Position numbers and translations under genes: made by a program
DNA from: Lama guanicoe
Taxonomy: Eukaryota
DNA: 64,000 bases
Direction of reading: 5' to 3'
NCBI GenBank assembly: GCA_013239625.1
Contig: MU053184.1
Location: forward strand, 140,220 to 204,219
Shown: positions 40,461-53,860 of the stretch, one piece after another
Layout: each line of letters opens with the position of its first letter
How positions within the stretch are numbered: position 1 is the first letter of the stretch
Notes under the pieces: model-generated
Databases searched by the model: none
Seen by the model: only the letters and a program-made list of their open reading frames with translations
Told to the model about the DNA's origin: nothing

Positions 40461-41539
40461 AAGGGGCTTTGTTTAGGTGCAAAATGCACTCAGCTAGCAC
40501 ACTTGGTAATGGAGAATAATCGCACGGACACTGCCTGGTCCAGAAGCTGCCCTGCCCTGTTTGTGGCTCTGCAGGATGCATTAGGACCAGCACATTTGGA
40601 ATGAAATGTCAGGAGTCTGTGACAGTTAAATAATGGAGGATGCTTTTGAATTAAAGCATGCTTTTAAGAAAATATTAAAGAACCTTGCAGCAAAATGTAG
40701 AATGAATGAGAGAGGAGAGGCTTAGGGTTTGGCTCAGTCCCTCCATCTACAGAATAAAGCCATGAATTAGAAAGTTGCCAAAGATGCAGCAGGAGGGTTT
40801 GGGTGGGCTCGCGGTCTAGGGGCAGAAAGGGTGGGACTGAAACCCATTCCAAGGAGGGGTTGGTGGGACCACATGCTCTCCAAGGGATCTGTATGTGTGG
40901 CTTGGGAGGTTTGCTTTGGAAACTTGACTTCTTTTCACGTCCACATAAAAATTAAGCCCTTCTTATTCGAATAACTTTTAATATCTTGGGTTTTTGTTTT
41001 CTTTAAACAGTTCATCAAGAGTTCCTGACCTGCACCCCATAGACCATTAGGACGATGGTGCAGGCCAATGGCTATGCTTTAAAGGTCCAGAAGTTCCCTG
41101 AAATTAGAAACAGAATTTTGTGTGCAGAGGCATATGTGCATTTTTGTAGGGAAGAAAGTTTTAAGCCACAAAGTGGGTTTTGGTTTCTGTGAGTTGTTTA
41201 AATCACACTTAGAATAAATTCCCCGGCCAGCAGAGTTCACGCTACAATTGATCATTGGACAGGGGCTCGGGGGCTCCTGTGAAACTCCTGGGCTTCTGTG
41301 ACTGGTCTGAGGCACTGGCTGCTCTGCTTCATCAGCACGACTTTGATTTTGCTTGGCCTTCCAGCTCTAGGGAGCTGTAGCTTCTCTGTGATTCCTCCTT
41401 CCCTCTTTGGCGTGCAAAGTCCTTGAAACCTGCTGTGGATGCCACTGTAAATCCTGGGTTACCCAAGGGTGGCTGATGTGACTTTCCCAATTACACAAAT
41501 TGAGCGAGCAGTGTGAACATCAGGCAACTCAGGCTCCTT

Positions 41540-42440
41540 GCATTTCAGTGGACACTTACTGGACACCTGTTGATGCCACACTCTGTGCTAAAACCTAGGT
41601 GCTGAGTGGTGATAGAAGATAACAAAGGGTGGCAGACAGTGCCTACCTTTCAGGAGCTTCCTGTCCAGTGGACTCAGAAAAATGAACAACCCATTATAAT
41701 ATACACAGTAAGAAAGAAGTGATGTAGAATCGTGGGCACTTTATCATCAGAGCTGTACTCTGACACTAATGCTCTGCGAGAGTGAGCCCGCCCTGGTGTT
41801 CTTAGGTCTCTTGGTTTGCTCTCTAACAAATCCTGAGGCGTGCCTGTCATGTGTCTGGCACTGGACTGGGTTCTGGGGATCTATTGGCAAGCAAACACAG
41901 ACAGGCCTTGTGGCTAGTGCAGAGGCAGACTAGTCAAATATCATACACACGTGCCCAAATGTAAAATTACAACTGAGATATGAGCTATAGAATGGGAAAC
42001 ATGGTGCCATAAGAGATAACTGCAGGGCACATTTGACCTCATCTCTGAAGGCTTCTCTAAGGAAATAACACTTGATTTTAAAAAATAGGAGTTAACTAGG
42101 TGAAAGGCTAAGGACAGGAAGGGAACCCAGACACCAGGAACAGCATGTACAAAGGCCCAGTGGCAGGGAGTAATCTAGTGCCTATTAGTAAGTAAAAGAA
42201 AGTTTGATGAGGCTGGAATTCAGAGAGTGAAGTGCACTGTGTAAAATGAGGCTGGACCAGACCATCAGGAGCTTTGTATTTTAGGTCGGGTTGGGGCCTT
42301 TATCTAAGTTCAATATCAAGTCATTAAGATGTTGCAAGTAGGAACGTGACAAGCCATTTTGACGGGGAAGATTAGGGAAGATTTCACACAGCGGTAGCTT
42401 TGGAGCTGACTTTTGAAGAATGAGTTGGAGGTGAGGAAAG
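41540..42440 (-). mobile_element. L2 LINE fragments
   Basis: 'gtgcctacctttcaggagcttcctgtccagtgg', 'ggaacagcatgtacaaaggcccagtggcagggag'. Confidence 0.75.
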
Positions 42441-43379
42441 GCCTTTATGGGAACAGCGAAGATGGAAAAAAAAAAAAAAAGAAAGAGTAGAGGTTTACAC
42501 AGTGCCTTAGGAGTGGTAAGCTGTAGTTATGAAAGAAGCTTCGTGGTTTTGGAGGAATGATTGGAAAAGTTAAGTGAAGCCAAGCCATGGAGAGCGGAGA
42601 TGCTGTGCCAGGGCACTCAGGCTTTATTGAGTGGCTAATCAGAATAATTCTATTGTTGGGGTAGAAACTGTCACTAGATTTCATTTTTGACATGGATTGT
42701 CTTTGGTCATCACTTTACATTGGGGTTGGTCACCTTGATTCCTGCTGAACCAAAGAATTGCACCAGCTTAGTCCACTGGAGGTGTTAAGATCCAGAAGTT
42801 CTCCCCTGCTCTGCCATCATTTTTGGCTGCACCAAGGGAGTTTTCTAAGCAAGGGAATAGGAGATAAACTTTATTAAGCGTTTGGAAAATCTCTTTTATG
42901 TGACAGCCACATTTTGAGACTTCTTGTCCACTGAAACAGTTTTGAACTTTTAAGCTCCCACCTTGTGGAGAAATGTTAAATGTCTTCATGGGGTTGGCAA
43001 TAGTTTAGCATGGAGAACATGCCTAGAAGATACCAAATGCTTGAGTCACTGCAGGATAAAGTGTCAATTCTGGGAAGGGAATGGGAGGACCCATTTGTTA
43101 AGCATAAATTGTAGATTGGAATAAAGGTTAGAAATAAGCCATGAAAATCATGTTTCTTCCTACGACATGTTCTGATGACAAAGATGTGCAGACGAGGAAA
43201 TGTCTAAGTATTGTTTTGAGATTTTTGAGATTGTATTTGTATATGCAATACTGCTTTTAAAAATTATGTGCATTATTTGTTGAGGAAGAGCCTTCCCTTT
43301 GAGATGTCTAAAGAAGGGAAGGAATGAGGATGGGAAATAGCTTTTATTGAGGATCTGATATATACGGGACATCCCACCT

Positions 43380-43890
43380 ACCGTATATTACTCATCCTAA
43401 TGACAACTCTGCAAATAAAGCTGTATTACACTTGTTTTATAGATGTGGTGAAGACATGCAGCTCGTAAGTGGCCGGGCTAAAATTTGAATTTAGGTCTGT
43501 CTCCAAGTGCCATGACTTTTGCATCATTTCAATTTTACAGACGAAAAACTAGAAACAGAGAGATTTCATTGCTTAGATGACAGTGCCGGGTCCCAAGTCA
43601 GGTTACCTGACCTGCCCCCTATCTGGCCTCCGGAAAAAATGGGGTGAGGTCCAAACAGTCATCTTCATAATGACTAACATGCATTGAGCACTATTCTAAA
43701 CTATTCACAGGTCTTCTCTCAGTTAATTCTCCAAACAAACCTATGAGGTAGGGACTTGTCTTATTCCTACTGCATAAAAGAGAAAACTGAAGCGAAGAGC
43801 TGAAATAATTTACTATGCTCACATAGCTTCTAAGTGTTACATTGTGACTCTCCCCGGGGCAGTCTGAGTCTAAAATCTCTGGGTGCAGCC
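43380..43890 (-). mobile_element. Cluster of MIR fragments
   Basis: 'attttacagacgaaaaactag', 'ttaattctccaaacaaacctatgaggtaggga..gaaaactgaagc'. Confidence 0.7.
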
Positions 43891-44899
43891 ACCTCGCCAC
43901 ACAGCCGAGCTTCCACGTAGCCTGAGAAGCTCTTGCAAAAGAGCCCCGTTCCCACTGAGACAGATGCTTCGGTTTTCTCACCTGCGCAGCTTGTTGGTCC
44001 CATGTTTCCCTTTATTTCCATTTTGTCCTGCATATCAAGACACTGCTTAGGCATGTCACATCAGGCTGTGGGAAAGGCCACGAAAGCGTTCCCCTTGACC
44101 AGCTCCTAATTCAGAGCGTTTTGTTCTAAGCATCCTGGAAGGATTTCACTAAGCGTAATTTATAGGGTCGTAAGCCATAAAACGCTGTTCCTTTCTGGGT
44201 AAGTTTCATTGACTGACTTGCAGGATTGATGGCTTATAAATAAATTGCTCCTATTCCTTGTCGATTTCTGTCCCTATCTTTGGGAAGGCGTGGTTGCCTT
44301 AAATATCTGCAAAGGGAAGAAATTGGATTAAGTGTTAGTGATGCTGCTGGTTCTCTCTCTTTGACATATTCTGAATATTTTACCCTTTTTTCCAGCGTGG
44401 GAATCTTTGTAGTCCTAATAGAATTATTCCTTGTATGGTGCTTTATGCAAAATGATTTTATTAATATTAAAATGGTAAATATTGTGACTCTGAAATGATA
44501 TGTTTTGATCACACTTTAACTGTGGCAAAAACACTTTTTTAAGGATCCTTTCAAATGTTGTTCTAACCTTATAGTCACATGCCTACACAGATACGGGCCA
44601 TTTGGGCTCAATTTAAAAAGATGAAACCCAGCTAATTCACCCACAGTAGTTGATGTAAATTATAAGGGAACAACAGTTTTCCGTCTCTAATGAATGTATG
44701 GTAGGTACGTTTCCAAAGAAATTTTAATCTTTCCTTTTCACTGGGATATGAAGCAAGTCTTAAATGGATTTTTGGACATTGGTTCACACAGCTGTGTTTT
44801 TCTGTTAATGTGGCCTTAACTAGTCAGACAGAGGCTCCCCCTCCAACCTCAGGAGAGAGAGTGGTACCCAGTAGCTGTGGCACTACCACAGTCTGATGA

Positions 44900-45450
44900 A
44901 ATAAAATGAGGTTAGGACAGGGGATCAGGAAGCCTCATTGCTAATACCAGCTGAATTAGGAAGACACCTGAGTGACTGGGGCAACTTCTCTTCCCCTGAG
45001 CCTCAGTTTCCCCACCTACACACTAAAAGGCTTGAATTAGAAAGTTGCTAAAGAGCCTTCTGGTATTAAACATTCCATGATTGTCTGGCTCTTGATAATG
45101 GCCATGGGTGAAATCCACAATGGCCTTCTCCCTAAGTGTTTAATACAGAATTAATACTTTTTCAATTACCATCCTCTCTAGTTTTCCCTTGGAGCAAGAA
45201 AAGGATTGCAGGAATTTATTGGACTTTCCACCCCTGAAAATATGAATCATATATTCTGTGCCTGTAGGCACCAGTGGAAGAGTTGGTTCTTTGCTATTTC
45301 TAACCTTTAACCTGCAAGGAAGATATGAATTGTCCCATTTTACAGACAAGGAAACCACAGTTCCGAGAGGTGAAATCACTTGCCCAAACTCGCACAACTA
45401 CCAAGTGGCTGAGCAGGGAGAAGCAGCCTGGCGAATGGGATGCTGAGCCT
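44900..45450. mobile_element. Two MIR fragments (~44900-45080 plus, ~45290-45450 minus)
   Basis: 'ctgagcctcagtttccccacct' and 'cccattttacagacaaggaaaccacag..aatcacttgcccaa'. Confidence 0.7.
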
Positions 45451-45783
45451 GAGTTTGCTGCTGTCTCCACAACCAGCCCCCCGTGACATCCATGGGGGCT
45501 GGAGCTGGAGCACAAACGGAGGCCCATGTACCATGAGTCTAAATATTTAAAAGTTATGCTCCGTGTTGACCATGAGGGGCCCTCGTTGTGTGGTGCACAG
45601 ACGGGGCACTGCTAGACTTGACTCCCCAGCGTCAAGGTCACTAGCAGGGTTCCCTGCCCTCTGGCCCAGCTCACCTGCTCCCCTCGGCTTTCCTCCAGAT
45701 GCCTTTGTGAGCTGGGAGACCGCGTGCTTCACAGCGTCCTGGAACCACAGCTTACAACTTTTGGCCAGCATTTCTCTAGCTCC

Positions 45784-46221
45784 TTCATTAGTTTCCTGGG
45801 GCTGCTGTAACACATTACGACAAACTACGTGGCTTAAAATAATGGGAATTTATTCCCACACAGTTGTGTTGTCCGGAAGCCTGAAATCAAGGTGCAGCAG
45901 GGCCGTGCTCCCTCTGAAGCTTCTAGGGAGGGATCCTTCCTTGCGTTCTCCAGCTTCTGGTGTCCCCGTGTACTTTGGTTTAGGACTGCAGGTCTCCAAC
46001 CCCTGCCTCTGTCTCCTTGTGGCCTTCTTCCCTGTATGTTGAAGTCGCAAATCTCCCGCTGCCTTTCTCTTCCTGGATTTAGGGCCTCAGTCTAGGATGG
46101 TCTCATCTCAAGATCCTTAACTAAATTATATCAGTGAAGACCTTTTTCCAAGCAAGATCACATTTCCAGGTGCTGGGGGTTAAGACATGTCATTTTGGGG
46201 ACCTCCATTCAACCTGCTGTA
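45784..46221 (-). mobile_element. MLT1C-like solo LTR
   Basis: 'attagtttcctggggctgctgtaaca...catctcaagatccttaactaaattatatcagtgaagacctttttccaagcaagatcacatt..ccattcaacc'. Confidence 0.88.
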
Positions 46222-46754
46222 GACCTGGATGCCACCAGCTGGGCTCCGCCAGACCTGAGGAGAAAGCATTTGATGTGCAGAGGAACAGATGCAGGCAGAA
46301 GGGATGTAGGGAAGAACCCTGTGCGGTAGAAACGGAGCAGGAGGCAGATGCAGAGAAGGACGGGAGCATTTAGCAGGAGAGATGCACTGTTGGCACATCA
46401 GGGGCCAGGACTCTGGGACGAAAGCCACATCAGACACCTGCCATCAACAGCCAACGAACGTGTGCTGAGGTTTTACTCTGAGGCCCGACAGGGAAGTCAA
46501 GGTGTCTGAGCCAATGCTGAGGCCCAGGGTTTGCAGACTGAGGACAGGAATTACCAACGGAAAAGAGCCCTGGATACAAAGCACGCTGAGACCCAGGTGA
46601 CACCACAATGGTGAAAACCAGCAGAAAACTAGGATGGGGTTGGATGGTGATCGGAGACGTAGTTTCAAGTCCAAAATTTTCTCAAGGGGCAGACAGCAAA
46701 CACTCAGAAAGACAGGCTAGGTGTTGGAATTAATCATTGTCATTGATAAATAAT

Positions 46755-46990
46755 ATCATTAATAATATTAATAGGTACCATTTATCGAGTGCTTCTTGTG
46801 TATCAGGAGGCTCTGGGCTGCACATTTTTACTGGCATTGTCTTGTTTAATTCTCGCAACAGCCCTCTGAGTGGGCACGATTTTTCAAAGGAGAATTTGAG
46901 ACTCAGAGAGGTTCAGGAACTTTCCTTCATTTCATAGCCCATGAGGGTAGGGGCTGTTATTCACATCCTGGGCTCTGTAAGTTCAGTGTC
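46755..46990 (-). mobile_element. MIR SINE
   Basis: 'taataggtaccatttatcgagtgctt...tttaattctcgcaacagccctctgag..tgagactcagagaggtt'. Confidence 0.8.
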
Positions 46991-49379
46991 TCTCCTCGTA
47001 GGCCCTGCCCATATCTGGCAAGGCCAATGGGACACAGAGTCAGGCCCTGGGAGAGGGGAGGCATCAAAACTTAGGGCCTCAGTCAAGGAGCTGGGGTTCA
47101 GGGTAGAGCCTCAAAGCTGGGAATTAATCAAAGAAGCCATCTGGACCCCTGGGTGGGGACTGAAGCAGAGGCCAGTCTGGTAGACCGGGCTCACCGCAGA
47201 GATGTCAAGGGCTGTGTGCAGGAGCTGTCATGGACCTCATGGCTTGCGCCTTGTATGTCGGATTGTCAGGGCAGCGAGACAGGCTCCTTGTAAGGAAGTA
47301 GCCTGATGACTGGGCAGCTGAGACCGTCTCTTCTAGGCGTTTCCATAAGCTGTTTCTGTTCTTCTTGCTTCAAACTCAGATCTGCTCAAGAGCAGCTTGG
47401 AGGCAAGAGAAGGGGCTGGAGGAAGGGGGATGGGTAACAGTGCACCAATCCCCGAGGAGCTAGAGACAGCTGAGGACGTGAGGCAGCAGCTGACATGCAC
47501 AAGGATGTGTCCCTCTGTGTGCTGGTGTGTCTGTGTTCAACCCGTGGGGGAAGGTGGGGGCTTGGCTCTCTTTTTTGATAACTCAGGTCGAGGCAGCAGA
47601 CTCTCATTGCAGCTTCTCCCAAGTTCCCCTCTGGTTTCTAGATCTTACCATCTCATAGAGTCTTTCTACTTCTCCTGTAAAAAGTTAAAGCCGATGCAAG
47701 TTCTCAAAAGAGAATTTCTCAAAATGAACTTATTAGCACTTTAGTTGTATAAATAAGTATTTTAATTTTTGTGGCGCACATTAAAGTTGGTGGATGGGAG
47801 ACCGTCAGAATTCTTAATCGTCATGAAATATGCTCTTAATAATCAGTCTTATTAAATCTAAATGAAATGCCTGTATGAGGCCCTATTTTAGTATTTTCTG
47901 AACTCACTGCAGCTTTTTTATCTCAAACAGCAACCAGAGTCATTCTAAATCATCATCAAATTAACTATTGATGCTCCCTTTCACCAGCGTTCCCTTCCTC
48001 CCCTATCCTGCCTCTCCACCACCCTCTCCACAAATCTCATGTTTTATGGATAAATAATCAGCTTTTGCTGCTCAGCAGAGGACACCCTTGGAGTGCTGGA
48101 AGGGAGAGCCAGTCACAGGGCAGGACAATCCCCTGAAGCTCCAGGAAGTCCGGGGAAAGCGTCTCTACAGAGGATGCTGCCCTGAATGAGAAGCCCTGGG
48201 CTCCGGCAGGCAGAGAGTGTCCCTTGGAACACAGCCTCTTCTGAGAGAGATGTCTGATTTGCTTCCTCAGTCAGTTTCTCTTGGCGGAAGGCCAGTGACA
48301 AGGTAACGCCTCATCTCAATTTCCTTCAGATGTGATTTGGAGGAAAGTAGCCAGCCAGCTTTTCAAGACCTTATCTTTTTTTTTTTTTCTGTAAGCTGAG
48401 AGGAAAATTATCAATGCAGAGATCTGAGTTGGCCAAAACTGTAGCGGCAGATACAATGCCATGTCATTTCAAAGTCTGGACGAGGTGGCGAAAGTTTTGC
48501 CCATGACTTTCCAAGGAGCAGGGAGCCGGAGAGCTCAGAGGTGACATCTTCCCAGTGGGGACAAACTCCCCCCCTTTCCTTACCGCGGGTAAGATGAGTT
48601 GGGCTTCTGCTGGAAGACAAGGGAAGGGGTAATGAAGCAGTGGGTCACGGGAGCATTCAGAGAGCAGATTTCTTATCCTAAGGTAACCAACGTCTCACTG
48701 TAGGTGCTACCCGAGTCTCTGAAGCCATCATAAGCGCCCACGCCTCCAGCAGGGACATGGAAGCCGTTCGCCTGGCTTTAGTTTTTCATGCCTTTACTCC
48801 CCTCCATTTATTAGAACAGCCTGGGCTACGGCTCTCCCCTTTCTTCAGTCCTTTTGTCATTTGATGTTACCCTGTCCCTCCTCTAGGGGTGGAGCTGAAG
48901 CTGGACCTTCGGTCAGGGCTGTCTGTTTTAGGGTCAGAGGTGGCAAATGGTGTAGGGGCAGGCCAGATGGGAAGAAGCCTTCAGGCTTCTTGAGGGAAAC
49001 ATCCAACTTGGCGATAAGTATCGTGAACGCTGATGTTCCTCGTCTACTTCCCCGTCTTGAAAATGGGGGCATTCTCCCTAGTCATGGGGCATGGGAGGGA
49101 AGCAGAAAGGCTTGAACACTGCCACCCCTGCCCCATCACAGGGAAGTCACTAAGGCCAGGGGTGGTGCAGCCATTTCCAAAGTGACACCGTTGTTTGCAC
49201 AGAATCCAGATAATTCTGCCCAGCTCCTGGCTCTGAACCCAACGCTTCCGTGACCTATGGGAACCTGACACTCCTCTTATTCTTCCTCGGTTCAACCTTC
49301 CCTAATCCCTTCTCAACACATCTAGGTTCTCTCTTGGCATCTGAGCTGCAGAGGCATCTTGGAATTTGGAAGAGGCTTC

Positions 49380-49580
49380 TGCTGGTGGGTCCCATCTAGG
49401 TTTGGATCCCACATCCACCACTCAACTGATGAGTGATCATGGTCAAGCTAGATAGCTTTTCCAGGTCCCAGTTTTCTCATCTTTAAAATGAAGATAAACA
49501 TTAGTGTCTCCCTCCCAGAATTAAGTGAGAAAAGGCATGTGAATTTCATGCCCCATGGTGAGCCTTCAGTAAATGCTACT
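49380..49580 (+). mobile_element. MIR SINE
   Basis: 'cccagttttctcatctttaaaatgaagataa'. Confidence 0.7.
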
Positions 49581-50329
49581 CCTCTCTTTTCTTCCATGAC
49601 AACAAATGTAATCAATTAAGGGACATCACTTAGATGCTGCCATGACACAAAACTGTCTGAGCCGGGGCTTGGCATTTCTCTTTTGTAAACTGCAGTTGTC
49701 ATTAGGCTGAAAGGAGCACAGTAGGTCGGGTTCAACTGTTTTTACACAAGGGAGAAAAATGCTTGTCGTGTAAGAACACACATCTCTTCATGAGGAGTTG
49801 GGAAGGAATGTTCCCAAGAACTGACATGAGGCAAACCAGGGGCTTTGCATGGGTTCACCTGTGCCCTAGGAATGTGATGGTTTCTGTTTCTCTCTGACCT
49901 GGCTCAGAAGGGCCAAAGGCCCATAGCACAGCTGTCACATACCCTCTGAGGGCCTTGCAGGTGGCCAGCTACGAGAACGTACCCGAGTCCTGGTTCTTCT
50001 CAGCCTTACACCAGGGTGACACTCCAGGTGCCAGGGCAACATTGTAGTTTAAATTTCTTCCCATCATTCATTCATTCATCAAACATCTATACATGTTCTT
50101 TTTAATGCTAAGCCCTGGGGATGCAACAGTGATTGGTAGAGCATCAGGATCAAAAATATTTACAAAATAATATTGCCTTTAAGTGATAGAATGCTACATT
50201 AAAATATGTATAATGACCAAGCAACTAACGAAAACCACTCCATGGCAGCAAATATGAGAAATGGCTTTGTTGTCAAAATCGGCCATTTAGAAGGAAGAAC
50301 TAGGTTTTGCTGGAATCACCTGAGCAGTG

Positions 50330-50550
50330 ATGGAAAAAGAATTGGATTGCAACCCAGGGTAGCTAGGTCTAAATCCTGACTTTGGGTTCTGGTTAAGTTG
50401 CTTAGCTTGTATGAGCCCCAGTTCCCTCCTGTGTAATACTGGAGACATAAACACTTTCCTTATGGTTTTGTTAAGAAGATTAAAGTCAGTGAAGCTCATG
50501 AAAACATTAGGTGCAGGGCCTAATACCAAGTGCTCAGTGAGTGGAGGCTG
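50330..50550 (+). mobile_element. MIR SINE
   Basis: 'tgagccccagttccctcctgtgtaatactggag..atggttttgttaagaagattaaa'. Confidence 0.7.
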
Positions 50551-51479
50551 ACACTGAGTTTGGAGAGGCTGCAGAGAGGGTCAGAAGCTTCAAACAAATC
50601 TCACATCAGATAAGGTTCAGGCAGCGTGACTTAGAACAGATGGGCTCTTCAATTATCCAAATTAAATTGGATGAAAAATCTACCCTGGAGATTTTTAGGT
50701 GAATTTAGATCCTGGACCTACTCTTCAGTATTTTAGCTCCTTCATCTGACCACCCACTGTGCAGAGTTGTTTTTCCTTTCATTTATCCAACACTTACCTC
50801 TTTCGAGCTCCGAGGGGAATCTTTTGTTCTTGTGGACCTTAATTCTTTATTGACACAAAGGGTCAGGAAGTCTAAGAGCAGAAGACGTGAATCGCGATGA
50901 AGTTTCTTAGCAGTATCCGCCTCAAGTATCCTCTTCTGGGACCGATTTAAAGTAAAAATGAGTTAGTCCTCAACTTCCTCAATTTTCCTACTGCCCTTAG
51001 CCCTGTCCCTGTCCCACAAAGCATCTGCTATTGATTTCAGTTGACCTCTGGAAATCAGGATTCATAGGCTGGGAAAATGACAGTGTTACTGTCAGCGCCA
51101 GGCTGGGTCCCCCACCTTCTGACTCCTGGCCCTGGCTCTTCTCCTTCCTTCAGTCACTAAGGTACTACTTGTGTTCATGCCAGGTCTGGCATTTCCTCTC
51201 ACCTGTACTCTCGAGAAGGGCACGCCTCCCCATCAGCCTCCTGAAGCGTTCAGCCAGGATCCTTACCCCTCATCCATCTTGGACAAATGCTCTAGTCACT
51301 GCAGTCTGGTACAAGGAAACCACCCCAGATTTATTCTGCGAGAGAGGATCAGTGCATCCCCACTGAGCAGACTTAACAAAACCTACGATTGTTTTACTCC
51401 CCTACTCTTCCCCTGCCACCACTGCCACTGATACTGTCCTTCCTGAGAAACCCAGTCTTGGCCATTACACAGCAATGTA

Positions 51480-51660
51480 TATGCTGTAACATACATTATT
51501 ATGGTTGATCCTCACAAACCCTTATGTAGCAGGTGTGGCATCATTACCGTTTTTTTAATCGATGTGATAAAAGCACAGACTTATGCAGTGACTCCCCTCA
51601 GCGCACACAGCAAGGCCAAGATGGAGCTGAATCTAGCACCCAGGTCCCTGATTTCTGGCC
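51480..51660 (-). mobile_element. MIR SINE
   Basis: 'tgatcctcacaaacccttatgtagcagg..cattaccgttttt..aagtgact/gcagtgact..agatggagctgaatctagcacccaggtc'. Confidence 0.65.
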
Positions 51661-52970
51661 AGTATTCTGGGCCAGGCCTCTCTCAAGGCACCAGTGATCT
51701 TTTGGGAAACTTACGCACCAGATCTTGGCATACCCTGTTTGAAATTCCTCTTCAGCTCCGTCCACCACCCCTGTGCACACTTGCAGGCCTCTTTCTTCCA
51801 GGAATGATTACGCAGAAAATGGGAGCTGACAGTGATAGATGGACTTTTCCATTTTCTGCTAACGCAGCTATGAAGTCAGAGCCCATTTTAATGAATGTCC
51901 ATTAAGGTCAAATTTGGAAAGCAGGTATTAAGAGTCATTGCCGCTAATTACACCCTGAGAGCTCTATTTGTATTTTCAAATTGGATAAAAAGGTTAGTAA
52001 AATGGAACATTTCAGCACAGGCTGGCTCCCGCTTCGCTCTCCAAGTTTTCGGAAATGATCAGCTGCCCAAACTTGCTGAGAAATAATGTTCTGCCTTCTT
52101 CCTGCCTCATGCCTCACAGGTGAGCCAGCACCACGAGGAGCGGCTGCCTCTTGAATCCTGTCAGTCTCTGGCAGATCCGATTACATCTGGGACCCTTAAG
52201 TGTACTTGAAGCAAAAGGCGCTGGTCTATTTTAATCCTTCTCCTTCTAGAAACTCGAAACTGTAAGGAGAGTCTTCCCGCTGACAGGTGGCTCCAGAAAA
52301 GTCGTCCATCTGCTGCTAATTACGGCAGAGAAAATTCACACAGCCCAGCTTTCAGTTTATTTGCTAAAGATCTCCAAAGGTGTAGCTGTCTTCCCAGATC
52401 ACAAGGCCTCACAGTATTACATCTATAGAGCCTGTTAATTATTTAAATAATTTAAAACCCAGGGCAGCTGGGAGCATTTAACAGAAGCCAGGCTGGCTAA
52501 GGCATGGTTTGATGTTCCGTGGTGGCCGAGGGAGAGGGGTCTGTTCTCACTGCTCAGAGTTGGCACTCACAGGATTTTGTTTTTCTCCTTCCCCTTCTTT
52601 CCAAGGGAAACTCAGAGAGCGGCAGGACTAGGCAGAATCAGCCCCATTTCAATCTTGATTTGCTTCGATTCCCAAACTCCAGGTCACCTCTGTCTCCTAA
52701 CTGTAGTCTCATCTGTAAAATGGGTATAATCTTCTCACTTCCTAACCCAGAAGGCTGCTGTGATCTTGGAATAGGATAACTTCCCAGAAAGTGCAGTGTA
52801 TAGAGTAAAGTAGTATGTAGAGATCTTTAGGCCCATTGAATAAATAGAAATGATAAAGTTTGATAGATCAGATGATGAAATAATTTAACAATAGAAGAAC
52901 AGATATTTTTTTCCTTCCCTGTACTTTTCTTTCCTTTCTTTCATGCATAATGTATTTATATGTATATGTA

Positions 52971-52971
<1 letters not shown>

Positions 52972-53002
<31 letters not shown>
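52972..53002. repeat. (TG)15 microsatellite
   Basis: Directly visible. Confidence 0.95.
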
Positions 53003-53006
<4 letters not shown>

Positions 53007-53018
53007 ACTATATACATA

Positions 53019-53642
53019 TGTAATGGAGCAGGACCCTGTGGGGCCTTCCTGGAACAGATCCCCCACCCCCACCATGTCCTCTGCTTGCTTCTTGTCTGCA
53101 GGAAGAACCATAGTCTGGTAGGCTTCCTCAAGTTCCAAAGAGTACATTTAATTAAAGAAGTGAGAAAATGCAGAAAGAAAGGAAGACAGTCAAGCAAGAC
53201 AGAATAGTAATAGCTTAGCCGCTAAATAAAGTCAAGGGCCTTTAGTCCCTCCTTGAGGACTATGGATAATATTCTGAGCCACATCCTTCGAGCTGTTTTG
53301 CAGAGACCGAAACCCCCACCAGGTGAAAGAAGTTAACCATGTGCTGCTCACAAGCACACAGACCCCAGACTGTTTGGAACCAGAAGGTAGATGATGTTGA
53401 CTCCCGATGACTTCACCACCAACCAATCCATGAGCCGATCACACATCCCACAGGCCTCCTCCCTCACCCTGTCTTTAAAAACCGTTCACTGAAAGCCTTG
53501 GGGAATTTGAGTCTTTTAAGCGCTAGCTAAGTGGACTCCTCGTCACCCTGCAGTAAATGCTGCCCTTTCCTTCACCACAACCAGGTGTCAGTACATTGAC
53601 TTTACTGCACGGGCAAGCAGACCCAAGTTTGGTTCAGTTACA
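53019..53642 (+). mobile_element. ERV1-class solo LTR (624 bp)
   Basis: Inverted termini tgtaa...ttaca. 4-bp TSD cata/caca. CCAAT ('aaccaatc'), TATA-like 'tttaaaa' and polyA-like 'agtaaa' occur in U3-R-U5 order. Confidence 0.88.
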
Positions 53643-53699
53643 CACACACGTATGTATGCATTTGTTTACTTATTCAATAATAATGACAATAAGTGTACA

Positions 53700-53860
53700 T
53701 CGTATTTTCCTCATTGGTTTGTGGCTCCGTCTCCCTCTGTTAAACTGGGAGTGCTTTGAGGATGGGGAGCAGCGTCTTATCACATTTACTCATATTTACA
53801 CGCCTGCTGCCTAGAGAGCCTGATGTGTAGTCGATGTTCAACATATGTTAAATTGAAGAG
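53700..53860 (+). mobile_element. L2 3' end
   Basis: 'ctccctctgttaaactgggagtgctttgaggatgggga..gcctagagagcctgatgtgtagtcgatgttcaacatatgttaaattgaa'. Confidence 0.7.

Noticed and set aside
45563..46042. 159-aa ORF
   Set aside because: About half of it is MLT1 LTR sequence; a chance open frame.
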